Assembly: GCA_963699755.1 (NCBI GenBank)
Contig: CAVOVB010000008.1
Location: 32,001-96,000, forward strand
Direction of reading: 5' to 3'
From: an uncultured delta proteobacterium
Lineage (GTDB): Bacteria; Myxococcota_A; Polyangia; Polyangiales; Houyiibacteriaceae
Length of the DNA stretch: 64,000 bases
This document shows positions 46,309 to 57,218 of this stretch, piece after piece (position 1 is the stretch's first letter; every line of letters starts with the position of its first letter). The position numbers were made by a program, and so were the translations under genes. The notes under the pieces are model-generated. The model was not told the origin of the DNA, made no database searches, and saw only the letters and a program-made list of their open reading frames with translations.

Positions 46309-47051
46309 ACGAGCATGATGTCGGGCAAGACAAGAAGAATGACGATGAGCTAGCTGTACCCGTAGCCTGGGAGGCCCTCGAGGACGCCTTTGAGAACAAC
46401 GCGCCGGAGGTGCACAGCTACCTGCACTTCGATACCGGTGAAGTGATCCGCATCGTCGACGGCGTTGCAGATCCGTCGATGCACACGCGCATCATGAACG
46501 ACGCTCGGTATCTTCGAATCGATCCGGTTTCCTCGCGTGAGCAGTATCGATGGATGGAGCGGTTCATCGCGACGGTCGAGGACGAGGAGCTCAGGCGCCG
46601 ACTCAACACCGCGATCGACGGAAAGGGCGCGTTCCGACGTTTCAAGGACGCGCTGATGAGTCATCCCGTCGATCGCGAGCGCTGGTTTGCGTTTCGGTCT
46701 GAGCGTCTACGTTCCTGCATGGAGTCCTGGCTGACCGCGCACGGGATCCACTCGGTCGAGCGGCCCACCTGGCACGTTCCGACGGCCCAAGAGGTTCTGC
46801 CGGCCGTCCCGTCCATCGAGGCGGACAATCGGGCAGAATCGATCGCGACACCGGCGATTCCACCGGTCGTTGGTGATGGACGCCGTAAACGGCTTCACAA
46901 GCTGGTCGACGGCCTTGCGGGCGCAGAGTTGGAGATGGCCCAGACCTACCTCGAGTTCCTCCGGGACCGCTCCCGTGCATCCCAGCCTCCGGCGAAGGCT
47001 GGATCCGAGCCGCCGCTTGCCACCGCTGCCAAGTCAGCCGGAAGCGACTGA
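46305..47051 (+). CDS. UPF0158-family protein
   Basis: YLHFDTGEV, SSREQYRWMERF, GKGAFRRFKD..ERWF. Confidence 0.82.
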   Translation: MNEHDVGQDKKNDDELAVPVAWEALEDAFENNAPEVHSYLHFDTGEVIRIVDGVADPSMHTRIMNDARYLRIDPVSSREQYRWMERFIATVEDEELRRRLNTAIDGKGAFRRFKDALMSHPVDRERWFAFRSERLRSCMESWLTAHGIHSVERPTWHVPTAQEVLPAVPSIEADNRAESIATPAIPPVVGDGRRKRLHKLVDGLAGAELEMAQTYLEFLRDRSRASQPPAKAGSEPPLATAAKSAGSD

Positions 47052-47082
47052 GAAGCCTCACCATCTTCGAGCATAGGCCGGC

Positions 47083-47111
47083 TTGCATCGGTAGACCACA
47101 ACATGTAGTGG
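47083..47111 (+). promoter_or_regulatory. Putative smc promoter overlapped by an NrdR-box-like palindrome (47096-47111)
   Basis: TTGCAT-N17-TAGTGG; CCACAACATGTAGTGG matches acaCwAtATaTwGtgt. Confidence 0.6.
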
Positions 47112-47206
47112 GGGTCACGGGCTGACCCTCGCTTCTGGTGGCGTGAGCCATTGCAAATTCGTGTGTTCAGTGATAGCCACGTCCAACTACTCCTTTGGGG
47201 GGCAGA

Positions 47207-50200
47207 GTGAAGATCAAGAAGCTCCACATCGTTGGCTTCAAATCCTTCGTCGACCAGACGACGGTCCATTTCGACCACGACATCACCTGTGTCGTTGGAC
47301 CGAATGGTTGCGGCAAATCGAACATCGTCGACGCCATCAAATGGTGCATGGGCGAGCAGTCACCCTCCCGCCTCCGAGGCAAGCAGATGGAGGACGTCAT
47401 CTTCAGCGGGGCGGAGGGACGGGGGCCCCATGGCTTCGCCGAGGTCACGCTGACCTTCGACAACCAGGACGGCCTCGCCCCGCCTGACTACAGTGACTAC
47501 GCCGAAATACAGGTTACCAGGCGTCTCGATCGGCATGGCAACAGCGATTACCTGATCAATCGTACGCCGGTCCGGCTGCTCGACATCACCAACCTGTTCT
47601 TGGGGACCGGTGTCGGCAAGCGCGCCTACTCGATCATCGAGCAGGGCCGCATCGGGTTCATCGTGACCTCTAGGCCCGAGGACCGCCGCTCGATGATCGA
47701 AGAAGCCGCTGGCATCAGCAAGTTCAAGCTGAGCAAGCGCGCAGCCGAGCGCAAGATGGATCAAACGCGCCAAAATCTCCTGCGCGTAACGGACATCGTC
47801 GGCGAGCTCGAGCGCAGCCTCGCTTCGCTCAAGCGGCAGGCGCAGAAAGCCGAGCGCTACAAACGCTACAAGGCAGAAATGCGCGACCTCGACCTCTGGG
47901 TCGCGTCGCATCGGTTTCTGGAGCTCAGAGGGCAAATGGGCTCGGTCTCCGTTTCATTGTCGAAGGCAAGTGAGGACGTGCAAGCGAGCCGCCACTCCTT
48001 GATCGCAAAAGAAGCGTCCGTGGAAGCGGAGCGCGTTTCATTGCAGCGCTTGGGCGCGGAGGTCGAGCGCGGCCAAGCTCGGGCGTACGAGCTCGACAAC
48101 TCGGTTCGACAGCTCGAAGGATTGATTCGACAGCAACAGGATCGACAGGCGGCCTTGGTCGAACGCAAAGACCTCGCCAGTCGCGAGCTCCGCCAAATCG
48201 AAGAGCAACGAAAAGGCTTGCACGGAGAAGCATCGACGGTTCGGCTTGCACTGAGCGAGCTCGAGGCACGGGAAACCGAGGCCGGCCAGCTGCTGGCGGA
48301 GGTCGAGGCCGAGCTCCAGGCACGCAAAAACACCGCAGAACAAGCCGAGGTCGTTCTGCAGAACGCGCGCGGCCAACTGGCCGAAGGACGTGCCAGGGTC
48401 GCCGGGGCCGAAGCGGTTCTCGAAGGCTACGATGCGCGCCGCGAGGAAGCTCGCGCACGAATCGAGCGCCTCCGGGAGGAGTTGCAAGCGCTTGCGACGC
48501 GTGAGGTCGAGTTCAAGCAGCAGCGCGGCGAGCTCGAAGCGCGCATGAATGGATTGCGAAGCGGCAAGTCCGAGACCGCGGAACGCCGAATCGAAATCGA
48601 GAGCTCACTCTCGACCGGCAATGATGCATTGCACCAAGCCGATGGCGATGTGGAAGCACTTCGCGAGACGCTTGCCGTCACGAGCTCGAGGCTTCGATCG
48701 CTCGACGAGATTCACGAACGCTTCGAAGGGGTGGGTGCCGGCGCGCAGGCGGTGATGATGAGGTACGCGAGTGCATCTGGTTCGGGGCTGGTCGGTTTGG
48801 TCGCCGATCGCTTGGAGTGTGCGCCCGAGCACACGCGTGCCCTCGGTGCCGCCCTCGGTGGGGCGCTCGAATACTTGCTCGTCGATGACACCGATTCAGC
48901 GTTGCGCGCGGCCGAATACCTGGCGCGCGAGGAGAAAGGCCGGGCGACCTTCCTGCCGCGTTCGCCGATCGGCGGTCCTCGAGTCGTTCCACAATTTCCT
49001 ATCGGGATGGGCATCGTTGGGCCGCTCCTGAGTCTCATTCGGCACTCGCAGGCCGATGATGCCTGGGTGCGCTACCTCTTGTTCGACGCCTTGGTGGTCG
49101 ACAGCTTGGAGACGGCCGCTCGCATTCACCGTGAAGGCTTTCAGGGGAAGCTGGTCACGCTCGACGGCCAGGCCTTGCTCCGGGATGGGGCGGTGGTCGG
49201 TGGCGCCAAAGACGAGTCTGCGGCGCATCTGCTCCGGCTCAAGCGGGAGATCCGCGAGCTCGGAGAGGCGGCGGCCTCGCAAGGTGCGGCGCTCGAGCGG
49301 GCGATTGCCAATCAGGGTCAGCTTCGCGCTAGCATCGCCGAGCGACAGGCCGCCATCGATTCGGCGAGGACTCAGGCACATGACGCCGAATTGGAAATCC
49401 TCGGTGCGGAGCGTGACCTTCGGGTCGTCGAGATGGAGCTTCAGCGTGTCGAGGAGCGCCGACAGGAGATCGCCAACGCGGAGGCCGAGGGGCGGGCGGC
49501 TCTGTCCCAGATCGACCTCGACGAGGACAATACCAATCGCCAGCTGAGCGCGGCTCAGCACGACGTGACCCGTGCCCGAGAAGCCGTGCAGGTCGCCGAG
49601 AGCGTCCTCAGCGAACGCCGTCGAGTCGTCGAAGAGCAGTCCGCGAAAGCGACCGAGGTCAAGGTGGGCGCCACGCAGTCCCGTGAGCGGGCCGACCGCG
49701 AGCGTTCGGTTCTGGGGCAGCTGGATCGCGCGATCGCAGAGCTCGATACCCGCGAAGAGCGTCTGCGTGAGGACGTCGCCATCGCCGATCGCGATCAGGG
49801 CCAGGCCTCAGGGCGCATCCTCTTGCACCAAGGGCGGCTGGGCGAGATGGCTCACGAAGCAGCGCTGGCTCGGGACGCGCTCTCGCGGCAACGCGCGAGC
49901 TTGGACGAGGCTCAGGCGACACTCGGTGAATCAGAGGTCTCGCTCAAGCAGCTACGAGCGACCATCGATACGCAGTCCACCGAGCTCAACGAGCTGACGC
50001 TCCGCGAGCGAGAGCTGAGCTTGTCACTGGAGCACCTCGAAGAGCAGGTCCTCGACAAGCACCGCGTCGAGCTTGCCTACGTCATCGGCGACCACCATGT
50101 GCGGCCGGCGCCTGACGTCGAGGTCACTGCGCGCGCCGAAGAGCTGCAGCGGCTCGTCGACAACATGGGCGAAATCAACCTCACCGCAATCGAAGAGTAC

Positions 50201-50800
50201 GAAGAGAACGCTGCGCGTTACGAGTACCTCACCGGCCAACGCACGGACCTCGAGGACGCGCTCACCAAGCTCGAAAAAGCGATTCGGCAGATGAACCGAG
50301 AGAGCAGGGCGCTCTTCCGCGAGGCGTTCGCCGCGATCAACGAGCGCTTCAAGCGCATTTTCCCGATGCTCTTCCGCGGAGGCAAGGCCGAGCTCAGGCT
50401 CACCGATCCGCAGGACATGCTCGAAACAGGCGTGGAGATCATCGCACAGCCACCTGGCAAACGTCTCGGCTCGCTCGAGCTCATGAGCGGCGGGGAGAAG
50501 GCGCTCACCGCGGTCGCGCTGATTTTCGCAATCTTCCAATACAAGCCTAGCCCCTTCTGCTTGCTCGACGAGGTCGATGCCCCGCTCGACGAAGCGAACA
50601 TCGGCCGCTTCGCCGAAGCCATCCAGCAGATGACCGACCGATCTCAGTTCATCATCATCACGCACTCCAAGCGCACCATGGAATACGCCGACGTCCTCTA
50701 CGGCGTCACCATGGAACAGCCAGGCGTCTCCAAGCTCGTCTCCGTCGAGCTCCGCGGCGAAAAGCGACCTATCTCCCGAGCCGTGGAAGCCGCGGAGTAG
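47207..50800 (+). CDS. smc: Chromosome segregation protein SMC
   Basis: GFKSF, GPNGCGKSN, coiled coils and hinge, MSGGEK, LLDEVDAPLD, IITH. Confidence 0.97.
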   Translation: MKIKKLHIVGFKSFVDQTTVHFDHDITCVVGPNGCGKSNIVDAIKWCMGEQSPSRLRGKQMEDVIFSGAEGRGPHGFAEVTLTFDNQDGLAPPDYSDYAEIQVTRRLDRHGNSDYLINRTPVRLLDITNLFLGTGVGKRAYSIIEQGRIGFIVTSRPEDRRSMIEEAAGISKFKLSKRAAERKMDQTRQNLLRVTDIVGELERSLASLKRQAQKAERYKRYKAEMRDLDLWVASHRFLELRGQMGSVSVSLSKASEDVQASRHSLIAKEASVEAERVSLQRLGAEVERGQARAYELDNSVRQLEGLIRQQQDRQAALVERKDLASRELRQIEEQRKGLHGEASTVRLALSELEARETEAGQLLAEVEAELQARKNTAEQAEVVLQNARGQLAEGRARVAGAEAVLEGYDARREEARARIERLREELQALATREVEFKQQRGELEARMNGLRSGKSETAERRIEIESSLSTGNDALHQADGDVEALRETLAVTSSRLRSLDEIHERFEGVGAGAQAVMMRYASASGSGLVGLVADRLECAPEHTRALGAALGGALEYLLVDDTDSALRAAEYLAREEKGRATFLPRSPIGGPRVVPQFPIGMGIVGPLLSLIRHSQADDAWVRYLLFDALVVDSLETAARIHREGFQGKLVTLDGQALLRDGAVVGGAKDESAAHLLRLKREIRELGEAAASQGAALERAIANQGQLRASIAERQAAIDSARTQAHDAELEILGAERDLRVVEMELQRVEERRQEIANAEAEGRAALSQIDLDEDNTNRQLSAAQHDVTRAREAVQVAESVLSERRRVVEEQSAKATEVKVGATQSRERADRERSVLGQLDRAIAELDTREERLREDVAIADRDQGQASGRILLHQGRLGEMAHEAALARDALSRQRASLDEAQATLGESEVSLKQLRATIDTQSTELNELTLRERELSLSLEHLEEQVLDKHRVELAYVIGDHHVRPAPDVEVTARAEELQRLVDNMGEINLTAIEEYEENAARYEYLTGQRTDLEDALTKLEKAIRQMNRESRALFREAFAAINERFKRIFPMLFRGGKAELRLTDPQDMLETGVEIIAQPPGKRLGSLELMSGGEKALTAVALIFAIFQYKPSPFCLLDEVDAPLDEANIGRFAEAIQQMTDRSQFIIITHSKRTMEYADVLYGVTMEQPGVSKLVSVELRGEKRPISRAVEAAE

Positions 50801-50867
50801 GGGACAGTCTCCCCTCACAAACCACCGAAATCGCAGCGTGCCTAAGGCAAGGGTTGCAGCGAGGATG

Positions 50868-52142
50868 CTACTGGGCCAGATGGGGCGCCTTGGCGTTCGT
50901 CATCGTCACCGGAGCCACGAAATCGACGTATGGCTCGTCGCTTACGGTGACGAGGCCGAAGTTGTTGTCCTCACCGTCACCGCGACCGCCCACTGGCTGA
51001 TCGACGTACTCGAACCAGTGTTGCCCGACGATGTATGGAGCATCAAAGCATTTCTGGACGTATTCATCGTAGGCCGCAGCCCGTTCGCGCTGCGTATCGA
51101 ACGTCAGATAGATCGGCGGGTACGTGTTGGGTGGATCGCTCTCGCTGCTGCGAAAGGAGAACTCGGTCGCCATCAGTGGGAGACCGGAGAGCTCATGGTA
51201 AGCTTCGAGCCAGCCGTCGATCGGCACCAAGGGGCCCCAGCCCTGGTTCAGGAGCTCGAAGAAGCCCTCGGGCGTCGCGTAGAAGTTGACGCTGAAAACG
51301 TCGAGGTACGGCGCTGCAGCCTGCGGCACCTGTCGAGGCATGCTCAGGCTCGATGCTCGTGCGCCCAGAATCAAGTGGTTCGGGTCGAATTCGCGGATGG
51401 CCTCGGTCGTCACCCGAAAGTACCGATCGGCCAAGGCGAGCAAGAAGCCTTCATGATCGTCTTCGAACTGCTCGGCCATCTCCCTGCCGGGAGACCCCTC
51501 TTCGAGCGTCAGATAATCCTCCAACATGGTGGTTGGAGGCTCACTACGCCAGTCCTTTCCCCACTTGAGCTCGTTGTCGAGAAACCAGCCAAGCAGGTTG
51601 GGGTCGTCTTTCAGAGGTGCAACTCGAGCTTCAGCCACCATTCGCACGTGAGCTTCAAACGCGGGCGCGAACCAGTCGGGCTGGCGCGCGCCCATCCCAA
51701 GCAGCTCGGTGTAGGGCATCAGAGGCGCAAAAAGCTCGTCATCGGACCATGCACCGATGGTGTTGAAGCCCCAGGACTCCAAGCGCTGGGACGTCGCTTG
51801 GGCCCAGGCTTCGTGGCTTTCGTAGATGGAATCGATCGCCTCGCAGTACGGGCAGATGCCGGTCTCTCGGTCGGTGTTGTTCTTGGCGGTGACGTGGTTT
51901 ACGCCAACCGAATAGAAGGGCTTGCCGTCCGGCGTGATCATGAGCCAACGCTCACCGACCCGGGCTACTTGGAAGAAGCCCGTTGCGTCGGGCAAGCTCG
52001 CATCGGGTTCTTGGCTGCCGTCGGGCTCCGCACCGGCGTCGACCACGGCGCCTGACTTCGTTTCAGTGCAAGCGCTCAGAACGAACGTTCCAAATAGCGC
52101 GACTGCAATTCCCGACCAGCACGAACCTCGTCTCATCATCAA
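50868..52142 (-). CDS. Lipoprotein glycoside hydrolase, clan GH-A, GH50 (beta-agarase)-like
   Basis: LSAC lipobox; WGFNTIGAWS, WFLDNEL, LMATEFSF, VGQHWFEYVDQP..GR.DGEDNNFG. Confidence 0.72.
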   Translation of the reverse strand: MMMRRGSCWSGIAVALFGTFVLSACTETKSGAVVDAGAEPDGSQEPDASLPDATGFFQVARVGERWLMITPDGKPFYSVGVNHVTAKNNTDRETGICPYCEAIDSIYESHEAWAQATSQRLESWGFNTIGAWSDDELFAPLMPYTELLGMGARQPDWFAPAFEAHVRMVAEARVAPLKDDPNLLGWFLDNELKWGKDWRSEPPTTMLEDYLTLEEGSPGREMAEQFEDDHEGFLLALADRYFRVTTEAIREFDPNHLILGARASSLSMPRQVPQAAAPYLDVFSVNFYATPEGFFELLNQGWGPLVPIDGWLEAYHELSGLPLMATEFSFRSSESDPPNTYPPIYLTFDTQRERAAAYDEYVQKCFDAPYIVGQHWFEYVDQPVGGRGDGEDNNFGLVTVSDEPYVDFVAPVTMTNAKAPHLAQ

Positions 52143-52214
52143 CCTCTATCCGCGCAGTACAGTGGAGCTTAGCATTTGCCCTCCACCCAGGTAGGATGAT
52201 GCGACACGGGCAGG

Positions 52215-53546
52215 GTGAGCATCGAAAACGCAGATTCGCAGAGGTCCACCTCGGGCAGAGGGTTCTTGGACCTCTGGTCCGGGGTTGGCCTGGTCGTCGC
52301 GAACATGATCGGCGCAGGAGTCTTTTTGAGCGCTGGGTTCATGGCCCAGGAGCTCAGCGCCGAGTGGATTCTTGCGGCCTGGGGGCTTGGAGCGGTCCTG
52401 GCGATGGCGGGCGCCCGCACCTATGGCGAGGCCGCCGTGATGATCCCGCGATCCGGCGGCGAGTACCGCTATCTATCCGAGCTCCTCCATCCTGCATTGG
52501 GCTATCTCGCCGGTTGGGCCTCTCTGCTCGTCGGTTTCTCGGCGCCGATGGCGATCAGCGCCTTCGCAGCGGCGGCTTTTGCCTTTGCTGTCTTCGGGTC
52601 CGGCGACGCCCGCATCGGAGCGACCGCCCTCATCGCTACCCTCACCGTATTTCATGCCATTGGCCTCCGGCTCTCGAAGTGGACCCAGAACAGCCTCGTC
52701 GTCGTCAAGGGGCTTCTGATTCTCGCTTTCGTGGCGCTGGGCCTGTCCCTGGGTCAAACGCAGTGGCCGACCTGGGTGCCGCCATCCCAACAGAACAGCC
52801 TTGCCCTTCCGTTTGCGACGAGTCTCTTCTTCGTTGCATACGCGTTCTCCGGTTGGAACGCGGCCGCCTACGCCGCGGAAGAGTTTCGAGCTCCTCGCCG
52901 CGACGTCCCACGTGCCATGCTGATCGGCTGCGGACTCGTTGGAGTCACCTACGTCTTGGTCAATTGGGTCCTCGTCGCGAATCTCACTCCGGAGAGAGCT
53001 CGAGTCGTCTTCGAATACGAAGAGGCGAGAGTCACGCTCGGACACCTCGTCGCTCGAGACTTTCTTGGTGATTTCGGCGCCCGCGCCACGTCGCTCGGGA
53101 TTGCTGCGGTCATGGTTTCGAGTTGCAGCGCGATGCTCTTGGTCGGTCCTCGCGTTTACGCCGAGATGGCCCGCGATGGGTTTCTTCCGTCCTTTCTCCG
53201 CGGCGAGCCGGGCGCACCGCCGCGCGCAGCCGTGTTCCTCCAGGGCGTGCTGGCCATTGCGCTCCTCTACCTGCACAGCATCAGTGAGCTTCTGAGCAAT
53301 GTGGCAGGCATCCTCGTCTTCTTCTCGGCGCTCGTCGCGGTCGGGCTCTTCGTCGCAAAGCGGACACGGCCGAACCTCGATCCCCCGCGCGCTGGGGCGC
53401 TCGTCGCGGCCGCGATCTATACCGCCTCGTCGCTTTGGATGCTCTACAACGCGTTCAAGATCCACACGGGCCTTTTCCCTTGGATCGCGCTTGCGACCGG
53501 GGCTGCCTTGATCGGCTATGCGCTTACCGCGCGGCGGGCTAGCTGA
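52215..53546 (+). CDS. APC-family amino acid permease
   Basis: [42 protein letters not shown]. Confidence 0.9.
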   Translation: MSIENADSQRSTSGRGFLDLWSGVGLVVANMIGAGVFLSAGFMAQELSAEWILAAWGLGAVLAMAGARTYGEAAVMIPRSGGEYRYLSELLHPALGYLAGWASLLVGFSAPMAISAFAAAAFAFAVFGSGDARIGATALIATLTVFHAIGLRLSKWTQNSLVVVKGLLILAFVALGLSLGQTQWPTWVPPSQQNSLALPFATSLFFVAYAFSGWNAAAYAAEEFRAPRRDVPRAMLIGCGLVGVTYVLVNWVLVANLTPERARVVFEYEEARVTLGHLVARDFLGDFGARATSLGIAAVMVSSCSAMLLVGPRVYAEMARDGFLPSFLRGEPGAPPRAAVFLQGVLAIALLYLHSISELLSNVAGILVFFSALVAVGLFVAKRTRPNLDPPRAGALVAAAIYTASSLWMLYNAFKIHTGLFPWIALATGAALIGYALTARRAS

Positions 53547-55821
53547 CGATTGTGTCCAAGGCCCTTGCGTGGGACTCCGCTAGGTCTTCGACCGGCACTT
53601 CACAGACGCCTTCAATGGTGAGCGTCTGGCCGCCGACCGCCCCGATCTCTTCGAAGGGCACGCCGTAGCGTCTGCAGATCTCGCCAACCTCGCCGATCTT
53701 GTTCGGCGAGAAGCTGACGATGATGCGTGTTGGCTCCTCGCTGAACAGAAGCGCGTGCGCCGGTGCGTCTTCACTCGAAGGAAGGGTCACTTTCGCGCCA
53801 TGTCGGTGCGCGATGCAAGACTCTGCCAGTGCCACCGCAAAGCCCCCGTCGCTGATGTCGTGCGCGCTCCTCAGCAATTTGCCGCGAGCGAGATCGAGCA
53901 CCGCGCGCTGCAGCGCGGCCTCTGCGTCGAGATCGATCCCGACGGGCGCGCCGGTGACCGAGCCGCTTTGCTGCACGAGCCATTCGGAGCCGCCGAGAAC
54001 CCCGCGCGACGGGCGCCCTAGGTGTGCAATGAGATCCCCTTCGGATAGGAAGCCCAGGCCGAGCCTATGATCCGGGTCTTCGAGCTGACCTACCACGGCG
54101 ACCGTCGGCGTCGGCAGAATCGCCTTGCCATCGGTTTCGTTGTAGAGGCTCACGTTGCCGGAGACGACCGGCGCGTCGAGCGCGCTGCATGCGGCTGCCA
54201 AGCCGTCGATCGCCTGGGCGAAGCGCCACATCTGCTCGGGCACCTCGGGGTTTCCGAAATTCAAGCAGTCCGTCAGCCCGAGCGGCTTGGCGCCAACGCA
54301 GACGACGTTGCGCGTGCACTCGGCGACAGCCATTGCTGCGCCGCCGAAGGGGTCGATCTCCACGTGCCGGCCATTGCAGTCCACGGATACCGCGAGGAAC
54401 TTCTCGTGTGTGCCGTCGGCGTCCTCGCAGAAGGCTCGCATCACAGCCGCGTCGCCATCGCCGGGACGAATCACCGTGCCATCTCGAACGATGTGATCGT
54501 ACTGCCGCCAGATCCAGGAACGGCTTCCAATGTTGGGTGAGCCGATCAAACGAACGAGCTCCGCGCCCAGGTCCTCGGGGGCATCGCCGACCATCGTCAG
54601 CAGGGTCGCATGATCGGCCCGCTCTCGTTGCGGTCGGTCATACTTGGGCGCTGCATTGGTCAGTAGGTCCACTGGCAAGTCTACCACGACGACGGGATCG
54701 GGCCTGCCGGTGCCGTCGAAGGGATCGTAGCCGGGGGTGGCTTTGCAGACGAACCGGCCGGTGTCGGTGACGCGGCCGACGATCGACGCGTCCAAGTCCC
54801 ACTTGGCGCAGATCGCGAAGACCTCTTGTTCGCGTCCCTCTTTGGCGACCATCAGCATCCGTTCCTGAGATTCGCTCAGGAGCATTTCGTAAGGGCTCAA
54901 CGCTTTGGTACGACGCGGAATCATGTCGAGATCGAGCTCGATGCCGTTGCCGGCACGGTCGGCCATTTCGACCGACGAGGAGGTCAGCCCCGCGGCACCC
55001 ATGTCCTGCACTCCCGAGAGGCAGTCGGTCGCAAAGATCTCGAGGCAGGCTTCGAGCAGGAGCTTCTCCATGAACGGGTCGCCCACTTGCACGGTGGGGA
55101 GCTTGCTGTCGGTTTCTTCGCCAAACTCCGCGCTCGCCATCGTGGCACCATGAATCCCATCACGGCCGGTCTTTGCCCCGACGTAAATGATGGGGTTGCC
55201 GATGCCTTCGGCAACTCCGAAGAAGAGGTCGTCGGTCTTGGCAATGCCCACGGTGAACGCATTGACCAAAATGTTTCCGTCGTAGCTCGAGTCGAACTGC
55301 ACTTCACCACCCACCGTCGGAACACCGATGCAGTTGCCGTAGCCGCCGATGCCGGCAACCACGCCTTTGATAAGCTGAGGCGTCTTTGGATGATCGGGTC
55401 GCCCGAATCTGAGTGAGTTCAAAGAGGCGATTGGACGCGCGCCCATCGTGAAGACGTCGCGCAAGATGCCGCCGACGCCCGTTGCCGCACCCTGGTACGG
55501 CTCGATGTAAGAAGGATGGTTGTGCGACTCCATTTTGAAGACGGCGCAGAACCCATCTCCGATGTCGACCGCACCAGCGTTCTCGCCTGGCCCCTGCACC
55601 ACTTGCGGGCCCGTCGTGGGCAGGCGGGCAAGATGGACGCGGGAGGACTTGTACGAGCAGTGCTCGGACCACATTACACTGATGACCCCGAGCTCTGCAT
55701 AGCTCGGCGTGCGGGAGAGCGTGCTCAGGACACGTTCCCATTCGTGCGGTGCGAGCCCGAACTCGCGGGCGATCTCGGGCGAGCTGTCGGGCTCTCCGGG
55801 AAAGTTTGGCGGTGCGCTCAT
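53539..55821 (-). CDS. purL: FGAM synthase subunit PurL
   Basis: [48 protein letters not shown]. Confidence 0.97.
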   Translation of the reverse strand: MSAPPNFPGEPDSSPEIAREFGLAPHEWERVLSTLSRTPSYAELGVISVMWSEHCSYKSSRVHLARLPTTGPQVVQGPGENAGAVDIGDGFCAVFKMESHNHPSYIEPYQGAATGVGGILRDVFTMGARPIASLNSLRFGRPDHPKTPQLIKGVVAGIGGYGNCIGVPTVGGEVQFDSSYDGNILVNAFTVGIAKTDDLFFGVAEGIGNPIIYVGAKTGRDGIHGATMASAEFGEETDSKLPTVQVGDPFMEKLLLEACLEIFATDCLSGVQDMGAAGLTSSSVEMADRAGNGIELDLDMIPRRTKALSPYEMLLSESQERMLMVAKEGREQEVFAICAKWDLDASIVGRVTDTGRFVCKATPGYDPFDGTGRPDPVVVVDLPVDLLTNAAPKYDRPQRERADHATLLTMVGDAPEDLGAELVRLIGSPNIGSRSWIWRQYDHIVRDGTVIRPGDGDAAVMRAFCEDADGTHEKFLAVSVDCNGRHVEIDPFGGAAMAVAECTRNVVCVGAKPLGLTDCLNFGNPEVPEQMWRFAQAIDGLAAACSALDAPVVSGNVSLYNETDGKAILPTPTVAVVGQLEDPDHRLGLGFLSEGDLIAHLGRPSRGVLGGSEWLVQQSGSVTGAPVGIDLDAEAALQRAVLDLARGKLLRSAHDISDGGFAVALAESCIAHRHGAKVTLPSSEDAPAHALLFSEEPTRIIVSFSPNKIGEVGEICRRYGVPFEEIGAVGGQTLTIEGVCEVPVEDLAESHARALDTIVS

Positions 55822-56513
55822 TCGAACCCCAGGTGCCGCCGAAGCGATCTGAGTAGGGCGAGCCCGTCGTCGTTGCCGAGGATGGCTTCACTGGCCCGTT
55901 CGGGATGTGGCATCATTCCGAGTACATTCTTTTGGCGGTTGTACAGGCCAGCGATGTCGCCGACCGAGCCGTTTGGATTGGCATCGCTGCCATTCGGTGC
56001 GTCGCCGCTGCGGGTACAGTAGCGGAAAGCGATTTGCTCGTTGCGCTCGAGCTCGGCAAGACCGGCCTCCGTCGTATGGTACCGGCCGTCTGCATGCGCG
56101 ATCGGCAGCCGGAGCACCTTGCCTTTGCGCATGTCCGTGAATGGACCTTCGTTCTCGACGCGGACGTAGATGTCGCGGCACTCGAAGCGGAGATGCGCGT
56201 TCCGGGTCAGTGCCCCAGGAAGGAGCCCCATCTCCGTGAGAATTTGGAATCCGTTGCAGATGCCGAGGACCGGTCCACCACGGCCGGCGAATTCTCGAAC
56301 CGCATTGTCGATCGGGCTGAAGCACGCGATCGCGCCGGCGCGCAGGTAGTCCCCATAGGAGAAACCACCGGGAATCACGACAGCGTCCGCGTCACCCAGG
56401 CTGGTCTCTTTGTGGAAAGTATACCAGGCGTCCGCACCCAAGACGTCGCGCACTGCGTGCAGCGCGTCCCAGTCGGCATTGGAGCCCGGGAATTGTAAGA
56501 CAGCGACTCTCAT
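55818..56513 (-). CDS. purQ: FGAM synthase glutaminase subunit PurQ
   Basis: [32 protein letters not shown]; start ATG 56513. Confidence 0.96.
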   Translation of the reverse strand: MRVAVLQFPGSNADWDALHAVRDVLGADAWYTFHKETSLGDADAVVIPGGFSYGDYLRAGAIACFSPIDNAVREFAGRGGPVLGICNGFQILTEMGLLPGALTRNAHLRFECRDIYVRVENEGPFTDMRKGKVLRLPIAHADGRYHTTEAGLAELERNEQIAFRYCTRSGDAPNGSDANPNGSVGDIAGLYNRQKNVLGMMPHPERASEAILGNDDGLALLRSLRRHLGFE

Positions 56514-56542
56514 CAGGCGGTTCCGTCGTCCTCGGCGCGCGG

Positions 56543-56570
56543 AGCATAGAACGGACCTGCCGTCAGGCAA
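56543..56570 (-). promoter_or_regulatory. Putative promoter of purQL
   Basis: TTGCCT-N16-TATGCT on the minus strand. Confidence 0.45.
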
Positions 56571-56583
56571 CGCGGAAGGAACG

Positions 56584-57210
56584 CTATCGGATCGGCTCGA
56601 AATAACCGTGGCTGAGCTCGGGGTCGAGCCCCTCGGCCGGAGTCAAGCGAAAGACGATCGTTCCGCGACAGCTCGAAGCATCCACGACCCCAAAGGCGCG
56701 GCTGTCCTGTCCCATGTAGCCGCGGTAGTCCCCGAGCAGGTAGAGCTTGCCCGGAGCGACCTCGGTCTTCGTGACGTGGTGCTGCCGATTCTCCCCCAGA
56801 AAGATCCTGTGGGAACTGGCTCCAAGGTACTCGTCTCCCCAGGTCAGCTGCACCGTCCGGTCGGTGTCACCGTTGTAGAACGAAGTGCCGCCGCGGCTGT
56901 CGAAGTCCAGCGGCTTGCCGTCGATCAGGAGCTTGGTGCCGGCCGAGCTGATCGTCATTCCCTCCGTTGCCGTGACCCGCGCGACGACCCATCCGACCTC
57001 GGTCGGATGCTGGCAGACCGCGATCGCGCCGAGCTCTGGGCTCGTTCGCTTGTTGATGAGAACACGCTCCCCTCGGAGCAAAGTCGGCGCCATCCCGTTG
57101 TGTCCGACTTCGGCCATATCGAAAAAGAGCGCTTTCAGGAGCAAGGCGATGACGATGAGAATCGCGCCCAACCAAGAAAGGACTCCAAGCCCTTTGCGAA
57201 TCACCCCCAT
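56584..57210 (-). CDS. Signal peptidase I (S26) homolog lacking the catalytic Ser/Lys
   Basis: One TM, then GHNGMAPTL, GERVLINK, VVARV, LGDYR...DSRAFG. Confidence 0.8.
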   Translation of the reverse strand: MGVIRKGLGVLSWLGAILIVIALLLKALFFDMAEVGHNGMAPTLLRGERVLINKRTSPELGAIAVCQHPTEVGWVVARVTATEGMTISSAGTKLLIDGKPLDFDSRGGTSFYNGDTDRTVQLTWGDEYLGASSHRIFLGENRQHHVTKTEVAPGKLYLLGDYRGYMGQDSRAFGVVDASSCRGTIVFRLTPAEGLDPELSHGYFEPIR

Positions 57211-57218
57211 GAAGCTGC

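Noticed and set aside
50799..50815. Hairpin AGGGGA-N5-TCCCCT after smc as a terminator
   Set aside because: Short stem with no U-tract; insufficient support.
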